From positions 129,352-193,351 of the forward strand of contig JAMOPO010000057.1 of assembly GCA_027064425.1 (NCBI GenBank): a stretch of 64,000 nt of DNA, in the 5' to 3' direction. The stretch comes from Methanobacteriota archaeon (GTDB taxonomy: Archaea; JAADCQ01; Methanopyri; Methanopyrales; Methanopyraceae). The first letter of the stretch is position 1, and each line of letters starts with the position of its first letter. Both the position numbers and the translations under genes were made by a program. The notes beneath the pieces are model-generated. The model did no database searches. It was not told the origin of the DNA and worked only from the letters and a program-made list of their open reading frames with translations. Below, piece after piece: positions 12,657 through 22,885 of this stretch.

Positions 12657-13582
12657 GCGTGCTCACCGCGGTGACGAAGCTCCTGCTGCTCGCCCCCCTG
12701 GCCCACCCCTCCGGCTGCTGCACGGTCCTGGTCCACGTGAAGGACGACCACTACGTGCTCTCCTACCGCCGGGACGCCCGCTCGCCGGCGGAGGTCATCA
12801 TCGAGCGCACCAACTGGGCCGGGCGACCGGCGCTCAAGGAGTACAAGGAGAACTCAGGCGGCTACTTCTGCCACACCGTCATCACGGAGGACGGCTGGAT
12901 CGTCACCATCGGGGGCCGCGACTGCCCGGAGCTCAACCGGGAGCTCGAGCGACTCGGGCAGCGGATCGCTGAGCGCGGGAGGGTGGCCAAGGAGGATATC
13001 CAGCGGGCCGAGAGGATCCTCCGGGAGAACCAGTGGGGTCACTTCGTGGTCAAGGCGCCGGACGGGACGGTCGGCGTCGCCGTGTACGACTACCGGGTCT
13101 CGGCCGGCCGGACCGAGCTGTTCAAGCTGAAGGAGGGAGAGTACGTCAAGGTGACCAACAACCCGCGGTTCTACGACGTGGGTCGGTTCAGGGAGTACGA
13201 CCCCGACCCGGTCACGGCCGCGATCAAGGTCGCGGGCAGGGACACGTACGGGATCCACCGGCGGGACGTGATCACTTACTACATCAGCCCGAGGAAGCGC
13301 GGCGCCAGCGTCCGCGTGTGGGCCTCTTACGACGGCGGCGCCATGGTCGGCGGAGCGCCGGGCGCCCCGGATCCGGTGAACTTCCTGGGCAAGCGCGTGC
13401 CCGCCGACAAGCTTCCGACGATCCCGAAGCGGCTGGAGCTGGGCACGGTCACGCTGGAGCGGGAGCGCCCGACCGCCCACCGCCACGGGTCCCGGTGGCC
13501 GATGGCGGCGGCGCTCATCGCGGCCGGGGTCCTGGGGGTGGGGCTCGGAATGACCGTGCTCAGGCGGCGTAAACTATTTTAA
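12653..13582 (+). CDS. Exported, membrane-anchored hypothetical protein (GCC...RRD methanogen domain)
   Basis: N-terminal hydrophobic segment, SGCCTV...SYRRD, GHFVVK; C-terminal TM helix then RRRK. Confidence 0.65.
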   Translation: MSVLTAVTKLLLLAPLAHPSGCCTVLVHVKDDHYVLSYRRDARSPAEVIIERTNWAGRPALKEYKENSGGYFCHTVITEDGWIVTIGGRDCPELNRELERLGQRIAERGRVAKEDIQRAERILRENQWGHFVVKAPDGTVGVAVYDYRVSAGRTELFKLKEGEYVKVTNNPRFYDVGRFREYDPDPVTAAIKVAGRDTYGIHRRDVITYYISPRKRGASVRVWASYDGGAMVGGAPGAPDPVNFLGKRVPADKLPTIPKRLELGTVTLERERPTAHRHGSRWPMAAALIAAGVLGVGLGMTVLRRRKLF

Positions 13583-13583
13583 C
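13571..13583 (+). promoter_or_regulatory. BRE/TATA promoter of tRNA-Ala
   Basis: AAACTATTTTAAC about 30-40 bp upstream of the tRNA. Confidence 0.6.
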
Positions 13584-13613
13584 GCCCCGGTCCCGGCCGG
13601 CACCGGAGAGGAA

Positions 13614-13690
13614 GGGCCCGCAGCTCAGCCTGGTAGAGCGCGGCCCTTGCGAGGCCGTGGCCCCGGGTTCAAATCCCGGCGGGTCCACCA
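13614..13690 (+). tRNA. tRNA-Ala(TGC), genomic C8, encoded CCA
   Basis: Cloverleaf GGGCCCG-C-AGCTC...CGGCC CTTGCGA GGCCG...TTCAAAT...CGGGTCCACCA; G3:U70 pair. Confidence 0.97.
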
Positions 13691-13698
13691 AGCCGCGA

Positions 13699-13721
13699 AT
13701 CGTTACAGAGTTCAAAACGTT
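13699..13721. repeat. 23-bp palindrome, copy 1 (ATCGTTACAG-AGT-TCAAAACGTT)
   Basis: Degenerate match to ATCGTTACGA-N3-TCGTAACGAT, 8 bp after tRNA-Ala. Confidence 0.7.
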
Positions 13722-13737
13722 CCAAGGGGTGTCCGAC

Positions 13738-14766
13738 GTGCGCAGGCTCCTTCCGCCCGTGGTGGCGGTCGCGGTGGCGCTCCTGGCGGTCGTCGGGGCG
13801 GGCACGGTCGCCTTCAACCCCGCGGACAAGGTCCGCGAGTTCGACCCCAACCGCGCGCTGAACTTCGCCAAACAGGTCTGCAAGCTGGGTCCCAGGTACG
13901 GTGGCAACGACGCCGAGCTGAAGGCCGCGGACATGATGGAGCGGGAGCTCAGGAAGTACGGGCTGAACGTATGGAAGGAGAAGGTGGACCTTGGCGGCGG
14001 TAAGCACACGTACAACGTGATCGCGGAGATCAAGGGCACGAGGGAGCCGGACAAGTACGTGATCGTGGGCTCGCACATCGACTCGCCGGGCTTCTGCGAG
14101 GGCGCCACCGACGACGCGGCGGCCATGGGCATCCAGGTGGAGATGGCCCGGGTCCTGGCCAAGAACTTCCGGCCGAAGAAGACGGTCCTGATCATCGGGT
14201 TCGGCGGCGAGGAGCTCTGGTTCAAGGGCTCGGAGGCGTTCGTGAAGAAGCACCCGGACATCGTGAAGAACTGCGTGGCCATGATCGACCTGAACTGCGT
14301 GGGAGCCGGTGAGAACGTGTTCCTGACGAGGCGCAGCGCCAAGCCCAGCCCGGTCGAGGGAGACCCGAACCTGATCCGCACGCTCGAGCGGTGCGCGAGG
14401 GAGCTGGGGCACCCGGTGACCGTGGGTGACACGACCTACCCGAGCGACACGTACCCGTTCTACCACAACAAGATCCGGCGCGTACCGGTGTGCCAGGTGA
14501 TGAACCAGCCGTTCAAGGTCCCGCCGTGGAGCGGCTCCAACACGGCCGACAAGCTGGATCCGAAGGACATGGAGAAGACGGGTGAGACCGTGACCCTGGC
14601 CGTGGTGAAGCTGTCGAACGCGGAGCCCGCCGCGAAGCCGCTGTGGGAGGAGCAGCGCGAGCGGCAGCGGGCGCAGCAGCGGGGCTGGTTCACGCCCGTG
14701 TGGTGGGCGGTGGCGCTCGCGGGCCCGCTGATCCTGGCGATCGCGCGCCGGGGGCTGGCCCGATGA
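13738..14766 (+). CDS. M28-family peptidase-like exported protein with C-terminal TM
   Basis: Signal peptide, NVIAEIKG, SHIDS, GATDD, GEE..GS; some metal ligands appear changed. Confidence 0.8.
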   Translation: MRRLLPPVVAVAVALLAVVGAGTVAFNPADKVREFDPNRALNFAKQVCKLGPRYGGNDAELKAADMMERELRKYGLNVWKEKVDLGGGKHTYNVIAEIKGTREPDKYVIVGSHIDSPGFCEGATDDAAAMGIQVEMARVLAKNFRPKKTVLIIGFGGEELWFKGSEAFVKKHPDIVKNCVAMIDLNCVGAGENVFLTRRSAKPSPVEGDPNLIRTLERCARELGHPVTVGDTTYPSDTYPFYHNKIRRVPVCQVMNQPFKVPPWSGSNTADKLDPKDMEKTGETVTLAVVKLSNAEPAAKPLWEEQRERQRAQQRGWFTPVWWAVALAGPLILAIARRGLAR

Positions 14767-15305
14767 GGGCGCTGCTCATCATCGACATGATCCGGGACTT
14801 CGTGGAGGAGGGAGCCCCGCTGGAGGTGCCCGGGGCGCGCGACCTCGTCCCCACCATCGCCCGACTGGCGGGAGCGTTCCGGGACGCGGGCGAGCTCGTG
14901 GTTCACGTGTGGGACGAGCACTACCCGGGCGACCCGGAGTTCGAGGTGTGGGGCGAGCACGCGGTCGCGGGGACGGAGGGCGCCGAGCCGGTCGAGGGGC
15001 TGGAGCCGGAGGAGGGCGACCTGGTCGTTAAGAAGCGGAAGTACAGCGGGTTCTACGGCACGACGCTGGACTACGACCTCCGGGTCCGCGGCGTGAAGGA
15101 GCTGTACCTGACCGGCGTCTGCACGGACGTCTGCGTGCTGTTCACCTGCGCGGACGCGCTCATGAGGGGCTATGACGTTAAGGTGGTGAAGGACTGCGTG
15201 GCCTCCCTGGACGAGGAGGCGCACGAGTTCGCCCTCGAGCACATGGAACGGCTGGGCGCGGAGCTCGTCACCTCGGAGGAGGTGCTGCGGGGGCTGGAGG
15301 GGTGA
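14763..15305 (+). CDS. Isochorismatase/nicotinamidase-family cysteine hydrolase
   Basis: [22 protein letters not shown]. Confidence 0.9.
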   Translation: MRALLIIDMIRDFVEEGAPLEVPGARDLVPTIARLAGAFRDAGELVVHVWDEHYPGDPEFEVWGEHAVAGTEGAEPVEGLEPEEGDLVVKKRKYSGFYGTTLDYDLRVRGVKELYLTGVCTDVCVLFTCADALMRGYDVKVVKDCVASLDEEAHEFALEHMERLGAELVTSEEVLRGLEG

Positions 15306-16663
15306 CCCGGATCCTGGCACTCGTGGACGGTGAGCACTACATCCCCGTCACCCGGGCCGCCCTGAAGACCGTGGAGGAGGAGCTGGGCGAGCTGGTCGGG
15401 GCCGTGTTCATCGGCGGCACCGAGAAGATCGGCGAGCCGGAGGACGTCAAGCGGGAGCTGGGCGTTAAGGTGTGGCTGCCCGACGGGGACGGGATCCCGC
15501 TGGACCTGATCGAGGAGGTCGTGGAGCGCGAGCGCGTGGACGTGGTGCTGGACCTCAGCGACGAGCCCGTGGTCACCCCGGACGACCGGTTCAGGATCGC
15601 GGCCGCCGTCCTGTCCGCGGGCGCGGAGTACTGGTGCTCGGACCTCAAGCTCAAGCCCGTGGAGATGCACGACGTGCTCGAGAAGCCCTCGATGAGGATC
15701 ATCGGCACCGGCAAGCGCGTGGGCAAGACGGCCGTCTCCGCCTACTCCTGCCGCGTCCTGCACGCCCGCGGCTACAACCCGTGCGTGGTCGTGATGGGTC
15801 GGGGTGGGCCCAAGGAGCCGGAGGTGGTGCGCGGCGACGAGATCGAGCTGACCCCGGAGTACCTCCTGAAGGAGGCGGAGAAGGGCAAGCACGCGGCCAG
15901 CGACCACTGGGAGGACGCCCTGCTCAGTCGGATCCCGACCGTGGGTTGCCGGCGCTGCGCGGGCGGCCTCGCGGGCCGGACGTTCATCGACAACGTGCTG
16001 AAGGGCGCCGAGATCGCCAACGACCTACCGGCGGACTTCGTCGTGGTGGAGGGCAGCGGCGCCGCCATCCCACCGATCGAGACGGACTCGGGCATCATCA
16101 TCGTGGGCGCGAACCAGCCGCTGCGTCACGTGACCGGGTACCTGGGTCCGTACCGGATCCGACTGTGCGACCTGGCGATCATCACGATGTGCGAGGAGCC
16201 GATGGCGGACGAGGAGAAGGTGCGCCGCGTGGAGCGCGAGGTGCGCCGGGTGAAGGACGACCTGGAGGTGGTCCTGTCGGTCTTCCGGCCCAAGCCCACC
16301 GAGGACGTCTCGGGCAAGAAGGTCGTGTTCGTAACCACCGCGCCCGAGGAGGTGGTGCCCAAGCTCGTCGACCACCTCGAGACCGAGTACGGGTGCGAGG
16401 TCGTGGGCACGTCGCCCCACCTGAGCAACCGGCCGAAGCTGCGTGAGGACCTGGAGAAGTACGTGGACGAGGCGGAGGTGCTGCTCACGGAGCTGAAGGC
16501 CGCGGCCGTGGACGTGGCCACGCGCGAGGCGCTCCGGGCCGGGCTGGACGTGGTCTACGTGGACAACGTGCCGGTGGCCGTCGGTGGCGACTACGACCAC
16601 GTGGGCGACGCGGTCGAGAGCGCGGCGGAGCTGGCGATCGACCGGTTCGAGGGCGGCTCCTAA
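15302..16663 (+). CDS. cpgS: Cyclic 2,3-diphosphoglycerate synthetase
   Basis: [40 protein letters not shown]. Confidence 0.95.
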   Translation: MTRILALVDGEHYIPVTRAALKTVEEELGELVGAVFIGGTEKIGEPEDVKRELGVKVWLPDGDGIPLDLIEEVVERERVDVVLDLSDEPVVTPDDRFRIAAAVLSAGAEYWCSDLKLKPVEMHDVLEKPSMRIIGTGKRVGKTAVSAYSCRVLHARGYNPCVVVMGRGGPKEPEVVRGDEIELTPEYLLKEAEKGKHAASDHWEDALLSRIPTVGCRRCAGGLAGRTFIDNVLKGAEIANDLPADFVVVEGSGAAIPPIETDSGIIIVGANQPLRHVTGYLGPYRIRLCDLAIITMCEEPMADEEKVRRVEREVRRVKDDLEVVLSVFRPKPTEDVSGKKVVFVTTAPEEVVPKLVDHLETEYGCEVVGTSPHLSNRPKLREDLEKYVDEAEVLLTELKAAAVDVATREALRAGLDVVYVDNVPVAVGGDYDHVGDAVESAAELAIDRFEGGS

Positions 16664-16716
16664 GCGCCCGCCCTCTCGCCCACCGTAGTTCATTTGCAGG
16701 AAACTAAATCGGGCGG

Positions 16717-16956
16717 CTAGCGGCCCTCCTCCGCGGCGAGCCCCAGCACGACCTCCAGGAAGGCCCGCTGGACGTCCTCCTTCTCCACGTACCTCTTTCC
16801 TCGCGCCGAGGCCAGCTCGCCCGCCCGCTCCCCGATCCGCTCCGCGAGCCGCTGCACGCTGTCACGCAGGGCGACGGACGCCCGCTGGCTGACCCTCATC
16901 CCCTTTCCCGCCGCCCGCAGCTTGCGATCGAACGGCGCCACCGGCAGCTCCGACAC
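16717..16956 (-). CDS. Archaeal histone-fold protein (divergent singlet)
   Basis: VSELPVAPFDRKLRAAGKGMRVS...ELASARGKRYVEKEDV aligns to HMf-type ELPIAP...RVS...GRKTIKAED. Confidence 0.8.
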   Translation of the reverse strand: MSELPVAPFDRKLRAAGKGMRVSQRASVALRDSVQRLAERIGERAGELASARGKRYVEKEDVQRAFLEVVLGLAAEEGR

Positions 16957-16984
16957 GCTCCCCGACCCCCTCGGGGAGCGGGCC

Positions 16985-17767
16985 TTGACCGAGGTAAAAG
17001 TGTTGAAAGAGCCCACGCCCGAGGAGCTAAAGCCGCTGGCCGAGGACCTCGGCAAGCGACCCGTCCTGATCGCCGGGATCTGCGAGGCGGAGTACCGGGG
17101 GCGGGCCGAGTCCCGGGCCGGCCCCGCCCTCCGGCTGGCCATCTGCAAGCCGGACGGCACCTTCCTGCTGCACAACGCCCTGGAGAAGCGCGAGCCGACC
17201 AACTGGAACCCCGCCCCGTCCCGCCAGTCCCTCGAGGTGAGGGACGACCTCGTCATCCTCCGCTCCCGCCGCCTCGACGTGAGAGAGGAGGTGATCGTGT
17301 ACTTTCACCGGGTCCTGCTCGCCTGCTCCCTGCCCAAGGAAGGGGCCAGGAGCGAGGAGTCCGTGTTCTCGCTGTTCAAGTCCGAGGACGACATGAAGCG
17401 CGTCATCTGGGAGAATCCGGACGTCATCGAGCCCGGCTTCAAGCCGGTCAGGGAGGAGGTCGAGTGCCGGGCCGGCATCGCCGACATGATCGGGTACGAC
17501 GCCGACGGACGCCTCGTGGTCCTCGAGCTCAAGCGGGCCCGGGCCAGCGTCGACGCCGCCTCCCAGCTCCGCCGGTACGTGGAGGCCTTCCGTGAGGAGC
17601 GGGGGGAGGAGGTGCGAGGCATCCTGGTCGCCCCGTCCATCACCGACGGCTGCCGGCGCCTCCTGGAAAAGTACGGGCTGGAGTGGCGGCAGCTCGAACC
17701 CAAAGCCGCGGACCGAGACGGAAAGGGGGACGGCCAGCGCACGCTCACCGAGTTCCTGGGGGACTGA
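16985..17767 (+). CDS. nucS: Endonuclease NucS/EndoMS
   Basis: YRGRAES, KPDGTFLLH, PTNWNP, SEDDMK, ELKR, QLRRY, RGILVAP. Confidence 0.93.
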   Translation: MTEVKVLKEPTPEELKPLAEDLGKRPVLIAGICEAEYRGRAESRAGPALRLAICKPDGTFLLHNALEKREPTNWNPAPSRQSLEVRDDLVILRSRRLDVREEVIVYFHRVLLACSLPKEGARSEESVFSLFKSEDDMKRVIWENPDVIEPGFKPVREEVECRAGIADMIGYDADGRLVVLELKRARASVDAASQLRRYVEAFREERGEEVRGILVAPSITDGCRRLLEKYGLEWRQLEPKAADRDGKGDGQRTLTEFLGD

Positions 17768-17769
17768 GC

Positions 17770-18420
17770 TTGGTTCGCGTCAAGATCTGCGGGATCACCC
17801 GTCCCGAGGACGCGCAGACCGCGGAGGAGGCCGGGGCAGACGCGGTCGGGTGCGTGACCGAGGTCCCCGTACCGAGCCCGCGCTCCGTGGGCGCTGAAAC
17901 CGCAAACGAGATTCTTTCCACAGTGTCCCCCTTCGTTTCCAAAGTGACGGTAGTGATGGACGACCTGGGAGTGCTCGAGCGCGTCGAAGAGGCCACCGTC
18001 GCTCAGCTTCACGGGACGGAAAGCCCGGAGGACTGCGAGCGGGCGAGGGAGCTCGGGTACGAGGTCGTCAAGACGCTGTGGGTCGACGCGTCCGGGCGCC
18101 TGTGGCTGGGAGACGACCGAGTCGACGACGAGACCCTGTCCAAGTACCTGGAGGTCGTGGACGCCCTCCTTCTGGACACCAGGTCCGAGGAGGGTGGAGG
18201 CAGCGGACGCACCCACGACTGGTCGGCCTCGGCCGAGATCGTCGAGCGGGTGGACGTCCCGGTGATCCTCGCCGGCGGGCTGAACCCGGAGAACGTCGAG
18301 CGGGCTGTCAGGGAGGTGCGTCCCCACGCCGTCGACACCTCCTCCGGCGTCGAGCGGGAGCCGGGCGTCAAGGACCCCGAGGCCGTGCGAGAGTTCGTGC
18401 GCCGCGCCAAGCACGCGTGA
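17770..18420 (+). CDS. trpF: Phosphoribosylanthranilate isomerase
   Basis: VKICGIT, QLHGTE, GGSG, LAGGLNPENV, DTSSGVE. Confidence 0.95.
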   Translation: MVRVKICGITRPEDAQTAEEAGADAVGCVTEVPVPSPRSVGAETANEILSTVSPFVSKVTVVMDDLGVLERVEEATVAQLHGTESPEDCERARELGYEVVKTLWVDASGRLWLGDDRVDDETLSKYLEVVDALLLDTRSEEGGGSGRTHDWSASAEIVERVDVPVILAGGLNPENVERAVREVRPHAVDTSSGVEREPGVKDPEAVREFVRRAKHA

Positions 18421-21400
18421 TCACCAGCCGGTCGTCCACCCAACCCTCTCCCGCCGACCAGCCCGCGCCCACGCCCCCAGCCCGATCGCCAGCCCGACCA
18501 GGACCAGCAGCAGTAGACGCTGCAGCCACGCCGGCACCGGGGAGCCCGAGGTGGGCGAGCCCTGCCGAGTGAAGGATACGGCGGGGGTTCTACCCCCGGA
18601 GCGCCCGGTCCCGGAGGACGGTCTCGAGATTCCCTCGGCGGACACGACGCCCGAGGCGGCGATCGACCTCGAAAGTTCCCCGCCGCGGAGCGAGATCGAG
18701 GCCGCCGCACGCACCCTACCGGCGCCCATCACGGTGGAGCCCGCCGCGGCGGGCCGGATCACCTGAGCGCCGGCGGCGCGCGGCTGGGGCGATGGCGGCG
18801 AGATCCGGGGCGCGTGGGGCCGGTTGGCCGCGGTGATATCCCTAGAGGTGGTGCGGGCCGTCCGAGCGACCCGCGTGACCCGCGTCAGGGCTCGGGCGAT
18901 TGAGGCGGTCACCGTGACGGCGCTCGTGACCAGTCGGCCGACGACGGTGCCGCCGTTGAGTGCCGTGGATGCGGCGGTGGGCTGGGTGACCGCGCCGGTG
19001 ACCGTTCCCGGGACGGCGCCCGTCGGGCCGCGGGTTACGCCGGCCGGGGTCGCCCGGCTCACGGGGGGAGGGACCGGAACGGGTCTCGCCGGTGTGAGCG
19101 CCGTGGGCGTCGGTGACGGTCGGCCGGTGGGGGCCGGTTTGGTCGCGATGATGCCCGCGGAGAACGGGTTGGGCAGGAACGCTCCGACCGGGCTGACCAG
19201 GGAGGTCACGGACCTCAGGACCGGGTTGGCGGCCTCCTCGAAGCACCCGCACCAGCCGTACTCCCGGACCAGGCGCGCGTACAGCTCGAGGGAGCGTGAG
19301 AGTACCGCGTTCTTCGCCTCCTCGACCCACCGCCCCACGCGGCTCAGCTCACCTCTCCACACCATGACCAGGGCGTGGTACGTCCGGCGGAGCAGGGTCT
19401 CACCCGACTGGTAGTACAGGTGGAAGACTCGGGCGACGATCGCCTCCAGGGCGTACGGGTTAACCCGCTCCAGGCGGTCAACGACCTCACGGTCGAGCAC
19501 GAGCCGCCGCGTGACCTCGTAAAGGAGCTGGCCCAGGGCGCCCGCGAGCGCCTCCTCGGTCGGGGTCCCGGGGGACTCGACGGCGGGCCAGAGAGCGGCG
19601 ATTAGGCCCAGCAGTCGTGACACCCGCTCGAACAGCGCGCTGGCCTGCCCCGGGGAGCTGAGCGACAGGATCCAGCCTCGGTCCAGGAGCAGCGAGTGGA
19701 ACTCCCGCAGCAGCTCCGCGTGGAGCGGGACGAGCTCCATCGTGGTTAAGTCGAGGAGTCGGAGGTCCAGGCACGAGCCCCTCACCGCGCGGCTGAGGGC
19801 GCAGCAGGCGACGCCGAACTCCAGAACGTCCTCGGCGAGAGCTCCCCAGATCCGGTCGGTCTCCGGCTTCACGATCTGGTCGACCAGGAGGAGCTCCAGC
19901 TCGAACATTCTCGGGTCCGAGACAGGACCCTCGGGCAGCAGGACCCGACCCAGCTTGGCGGGCAGGGAGGAGACGAACTGCCCCCATTCACGGAGCTCGA
20001 GCCGCTCGGCGAGCGCCCGGACGCCGGTCGTGTAGTCCGCTGGGCAGTACAGGGCCGCGGCGGCGCGCCTGGCGGCCTCCTCTACCGGGAGTCCCTCCAC
20101 CTGCACGCCGTACAGGAACTTCACGGCCCACGCCTCGTACCAGAGCGGGTCCGGGTTGAAGTCGGGTGACGTGAGCAGCTCGATCGGGATCCTGCGGTAC
20201 CACTCTCTCAGGACCTCCAGCCCGCGATGGAGCAGGCTCGGGTCAACGTGGATTTGCTCCAGCGCGGCCCGGAGCTCGGGATCCCGACACTCGGCCCTCA
20301 ACCGCTCCAGGAGCCGCTCCAGCTCGACCGCCGGGCACCGGGTGGAGGCCCTCAGCACGCACGCCAGGTGCGCCTTGAACAGCGCGAGCCCCGGACGGCA
20401 CCGGACGAAGATGGCCTCAAGCCCCTGACAAACTAGGACCGGAACGTAAGGTGGGGAGCCCGAGAGCACGTACCCGGAGACGCCCTTCCTAAGCCCGGTG
20501 GACCGCAGCAGGTAGGCCAAGGAGACGCCCCGGTCGTTGATTAGGTCCGTGGCGGAGAGGATGAAGAGCGTGGGCAGCTTCGGCGGCCGCAGGTTCTCGG
20601 CGACGTGCCAGGCCGCTTCGGTGGGGAGCTCGTCTGGGTTCAGGACGTACAGCATCCGACCGGTGGGCAGAACGGAGGGGTCTAGGGTCGGGTCACCGGG
20701 CGGTCCGGTGGGGATCCGTCGGCCGTCGAGCACCCGGAGCAGGTCCTCGATCTCCAGTCGGGCGGACTCGACCACGAGCCGTCGGATCCGCTCCGCCTCG
20801 TGGTAAAGATCGGGGTAAGCCGACCGCAGCTCGTCCGGGTGAGACACCAGGCGATCCCACTCACGCCAGAGCTCGTTCAGCAGTCGGAGGGCCCGATCGG
20901 GCTGCCCGTAGATCATCCGGTTCAGGTCCTCTAGGCTCATTCCGCGGCGCTCGAGCGCCCGCTTCAGGAACTCACGGAAGAGCACGGCTCGCACGTAGGC
21001 CCGCACCTCCTCCGAGGTCACGAGGCCGTATACGTGCAGTGAGCGGGCGAGACTCGCCGGCACCGGGCGCTCACCGTGACTCTGCATCGCGTGCAGGTAG
21101 AGGTGTAGCAGGTTTACCAGCCGCCCGAACCCCTCCTCCGTCCGCGCCATCCGGACCACGTCGTCCCACCTGAGCCCCATCCACTCGTACAGTCCGGTGA
21201 TCCGGAGCGTCTCCAGGATAAGCGGGCGCAGCCGATCCGCGAGCTTGGGGTCACCGGACTGGAACCAGTGAAAGCACTCGTGCAGCGCCTCCACGAGCGT
21301 CCGCAGGTAGAACTCCGTCGCGGTCTCCGGGGGTGGCGGCAAGTACCCGATGACTACCGCGCTCGTCCTCCACTTGACGTTCAGCAGCTCTCCGCTCGTC

Positions 21401-22776
21401 ACGCACCACAGGTACACGTGCGGGACGTCGCCCAGCAGCACCGTCGGGAAGTCCACGTGGGAGAGCAGCGTCCGACGCAGCGGCAACCACTCCAGCGTTC
21501 CGTGCGTGCCCACGTGGACGACGACGTCGACCGTCCGCTTCAGCCACAGGTACACGGCCAGGTAGTAGTGAGGCGGCGGGAGTAGCAGTGAGTGGTACAC
21601 GACCGCCGACTCGAGTGAGCCCCAGAGCCAGCCGCGCGGGGGCTGGGGCAGCAGGAGCACCTTCCCGAGCTTCAGACCCGGGACCACGAAGTGCCCATCG
21701 ACGACCATCACATCGCCCGGTGGGGGACCCCAACCAAAGAGTCCAGTCCGGTACCCCAGCAGCCGCTCGAACTCCCGACCGGCTTTCAGCGCCCGCTCGA
21801 ACTCCCGCCGGAGCTCTGACACGCTGGCGCGGCCGGATGCGTACTCCACCAACCCCTCCACCAGCCGGGAGAGCGCCCTCAGCGCCTCCTCCCTGGCCCT
21901 CGAAACGTCCCCCGAGCCGCCGGTGTTGAAACCGGCCGGGGCCACGGAAGACAGCAGGCGCTCCGCCTCCCGCAGCAGGGTCTGAAGCGAGCGCTTCAGC
22001 GTCTCCAGTTCCCGCTCGCCTAACGGGGGTTTGAGGAGCCGGGCGTACCCGTAAAGGAGCCCGGGCAGGCCGTCCTCCACGTACAACCGGACGACCTCGG
22101 GCAGCCTCGCGTACCAGCGCTCGTACGTGCTGACGGGAATCAGCGCGAGGTAGGCGTGGTGCTCGTACATCCTGCGCAGCCGCTCCTCGTCCCACCATCC
22201 CACGTTGATCCCGTAGCTCCAGATCAAGCGGGCGAGTTCACCCTCCAGCCTCTTCACCAGCCGGGCCGCCTCGTCCCACCGACCCTGCCGCTCGAGCCGG
22301 GCGATCTCGAGCAGCTCCCGGTCCCAGGGCGTCCTGACGTCGTAACCCGCGGCCCTGAGGTTGGCCAGGATGTTGACGAGTGATCCGAACACGTCCAATC
22401 CGGAAGCCGTGATGGACTCTCGGCCGGGCGGCCAGTCGTAATAAATCAGCGCGACGATCTTCTCGCGGTTGGGCTTCTTCGCCAGCTCCCTCCAGCGCTC
22501 CTCGAGCCTTCGAACTATGGCCTGGTTCTCGGGGTAGGGGTGACCCGCCAGCCGAGTGGGCGGTGTGACGATGGCCCCTTCAGCGTCCGGGAGCACGACC
22601 TCGCGGAAGAAGGTGGGAGTCGGGTACCCCAGCGGGTCCGCCCGGTACTCCACCGGCGGCACTCCCGCGTCGGGCTCGTGAAACGGCAGCTGCGGCGCGT
22701 CGGCCGCCGCGGGCTGCAGCGCGAGGAGTAGGGCGATCAGCAGCCGCCACCTCCCCCCGGCGGCCGGGGTCCTCAC
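18421..22776 (-). CDS. Secreted, membrane-anchored CobN/Mg-chelatase-H-like protein
   Basis: Signal peptide; KPNREKIVALIYY, PPPHYYLAVY, VHVGTHGTLEWLP, LPTGR; Pro/Thr/Ala-rich linker and C-terminal TM. Confidence 0.85.
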   Translation of the reverse strand: MRTPAAGGRWRLLIALLLALQPAAADAPQLPFHEPDAGVPPVEYRADPLGYPTPTFFREVVLPDAEGAIVTPPTRLAGHPYPENQAIVRRLEERWRELAKKPNREKIVALIYYDWPPGRESITASGLDVFGSLVNILANLRAAGYDVRTPWDRELLEIARLERQGRWDEAARLVKRLEGELARLIWSYGINVGWWDEERLRRMYEHHAYLALIPVSTYERWYARLPEVVRLYVEDGLPGLLYGYARLLKPPLGERELETLKRSLQTLLREAERLLSSVAPAGFNTGGSGDVSRAREEALRALSRLVEGLVEYASGRASVSELRREFERALKAGREFERLLGYRTGLFGWGPPPGDVMVVDGHFVVPGLKLGKVLLLPQPPRGWLWGSLESAVVYHSLLLPPPHYYLAVYLWLKRTVDVVVHVGTHGTLEWLPLRRTLLSHVDFPTVLLGDVPHVYLWCVTSGELLNVKWRTSAVVIGYLPPPPETATEFYLRTLVEALHECFHWFQSGDPKLADRLRPLILETLRITGLYEWMGLRWDDVVRMARTEEGFGRLVNLLHLYLHAMQSHGERPVPASLARSLHVYGLVTSEEVRAYVRAVLFREFLKRALERRGMSLEDLNRMIYGQPDRALRLLNELWREWDRLVSHPDELRSAYPDLYHEAERIRRLVVESARLEIEDLLRVLDGRRIPTGPPGDPTLDPSVLPTGRMLYVLNPDELPTEAAWHVAENLRPPKLPTLFILSATDLINDRGVSLAYLLRSTGLRKGVSGYVLSGSPPYVPVLVCQGLEAIFVRCRPGLALFKAHLACVLRASTRCPAVELERLLERLRAECRDPELRAALEQIHVDPSLLHRGLEVLREWYRRIPIELLTSPDFNPDPLWYEAWAVKFLYGVQVEGLPVEEAARRAAAALYCPADYTTGVRALAERLELREWGQFVSSLPAKLGRVLLPEGPVSDPRMFELELLLVDQIVKPETDRIWGALAEDVLEFGVACCALSRAVRGSCLDLRLLDLTTMELVPLHAELLREFHSLLLDRGWILSLSSPGQASALFERVSRLLGLIAALWPAVESPGTPTEEALAGALGQLLYEVTRRLVLDREVVDRLERVNPYALEAIVARVFHLYYQSGETLLRRTYHALVMVWRGELSRVGRWVEEAKNAVLSRSLELYARLVREYGWCGCFEEAANPVLRSVTSLVSPVGAFLPNPFSAGIIATKPAPTGRPSPTPTALTPARPVPVPPPVSRATPAGVTRGPTGAVPGTVTGAVTQPTAASTALNGGTVVGRLVTSAVTVTASIARALTRVTRVARTARTTSRDITAANRPHAPRISPPSPQPRAAGAQVIRPAAAGSTVMGAGRVRAAASISLRGGELSRSIAASGVVSAEGISRPSSGTGRSGGRTPAVSFTRQGSPTSGSPVPAWLQRLLLLVLVGLAIGLGAWARAGRRERVGWTTGW

Positions 22777-22885
22777 CCCGCCACGTTAGGTTCCAATAAG
22801 ACCGATCCCGGAACCCTTTTAGTGCGCATCGGTAACAACATCTGGGTGGGAGTTAGTACTACGCGGTACGTTGGGGGCCTCGTTA

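Noticed and set aside
17900-17950. AT-rich patch in trpF whose minus strand reads TGGAAACGAAGGGGG, resembling an ORB origin box
   Set aside because: Single partial match lacking the TCCA half, inside an intact CDS, with no cdc6/orc1 gene or unwinding element nearby.
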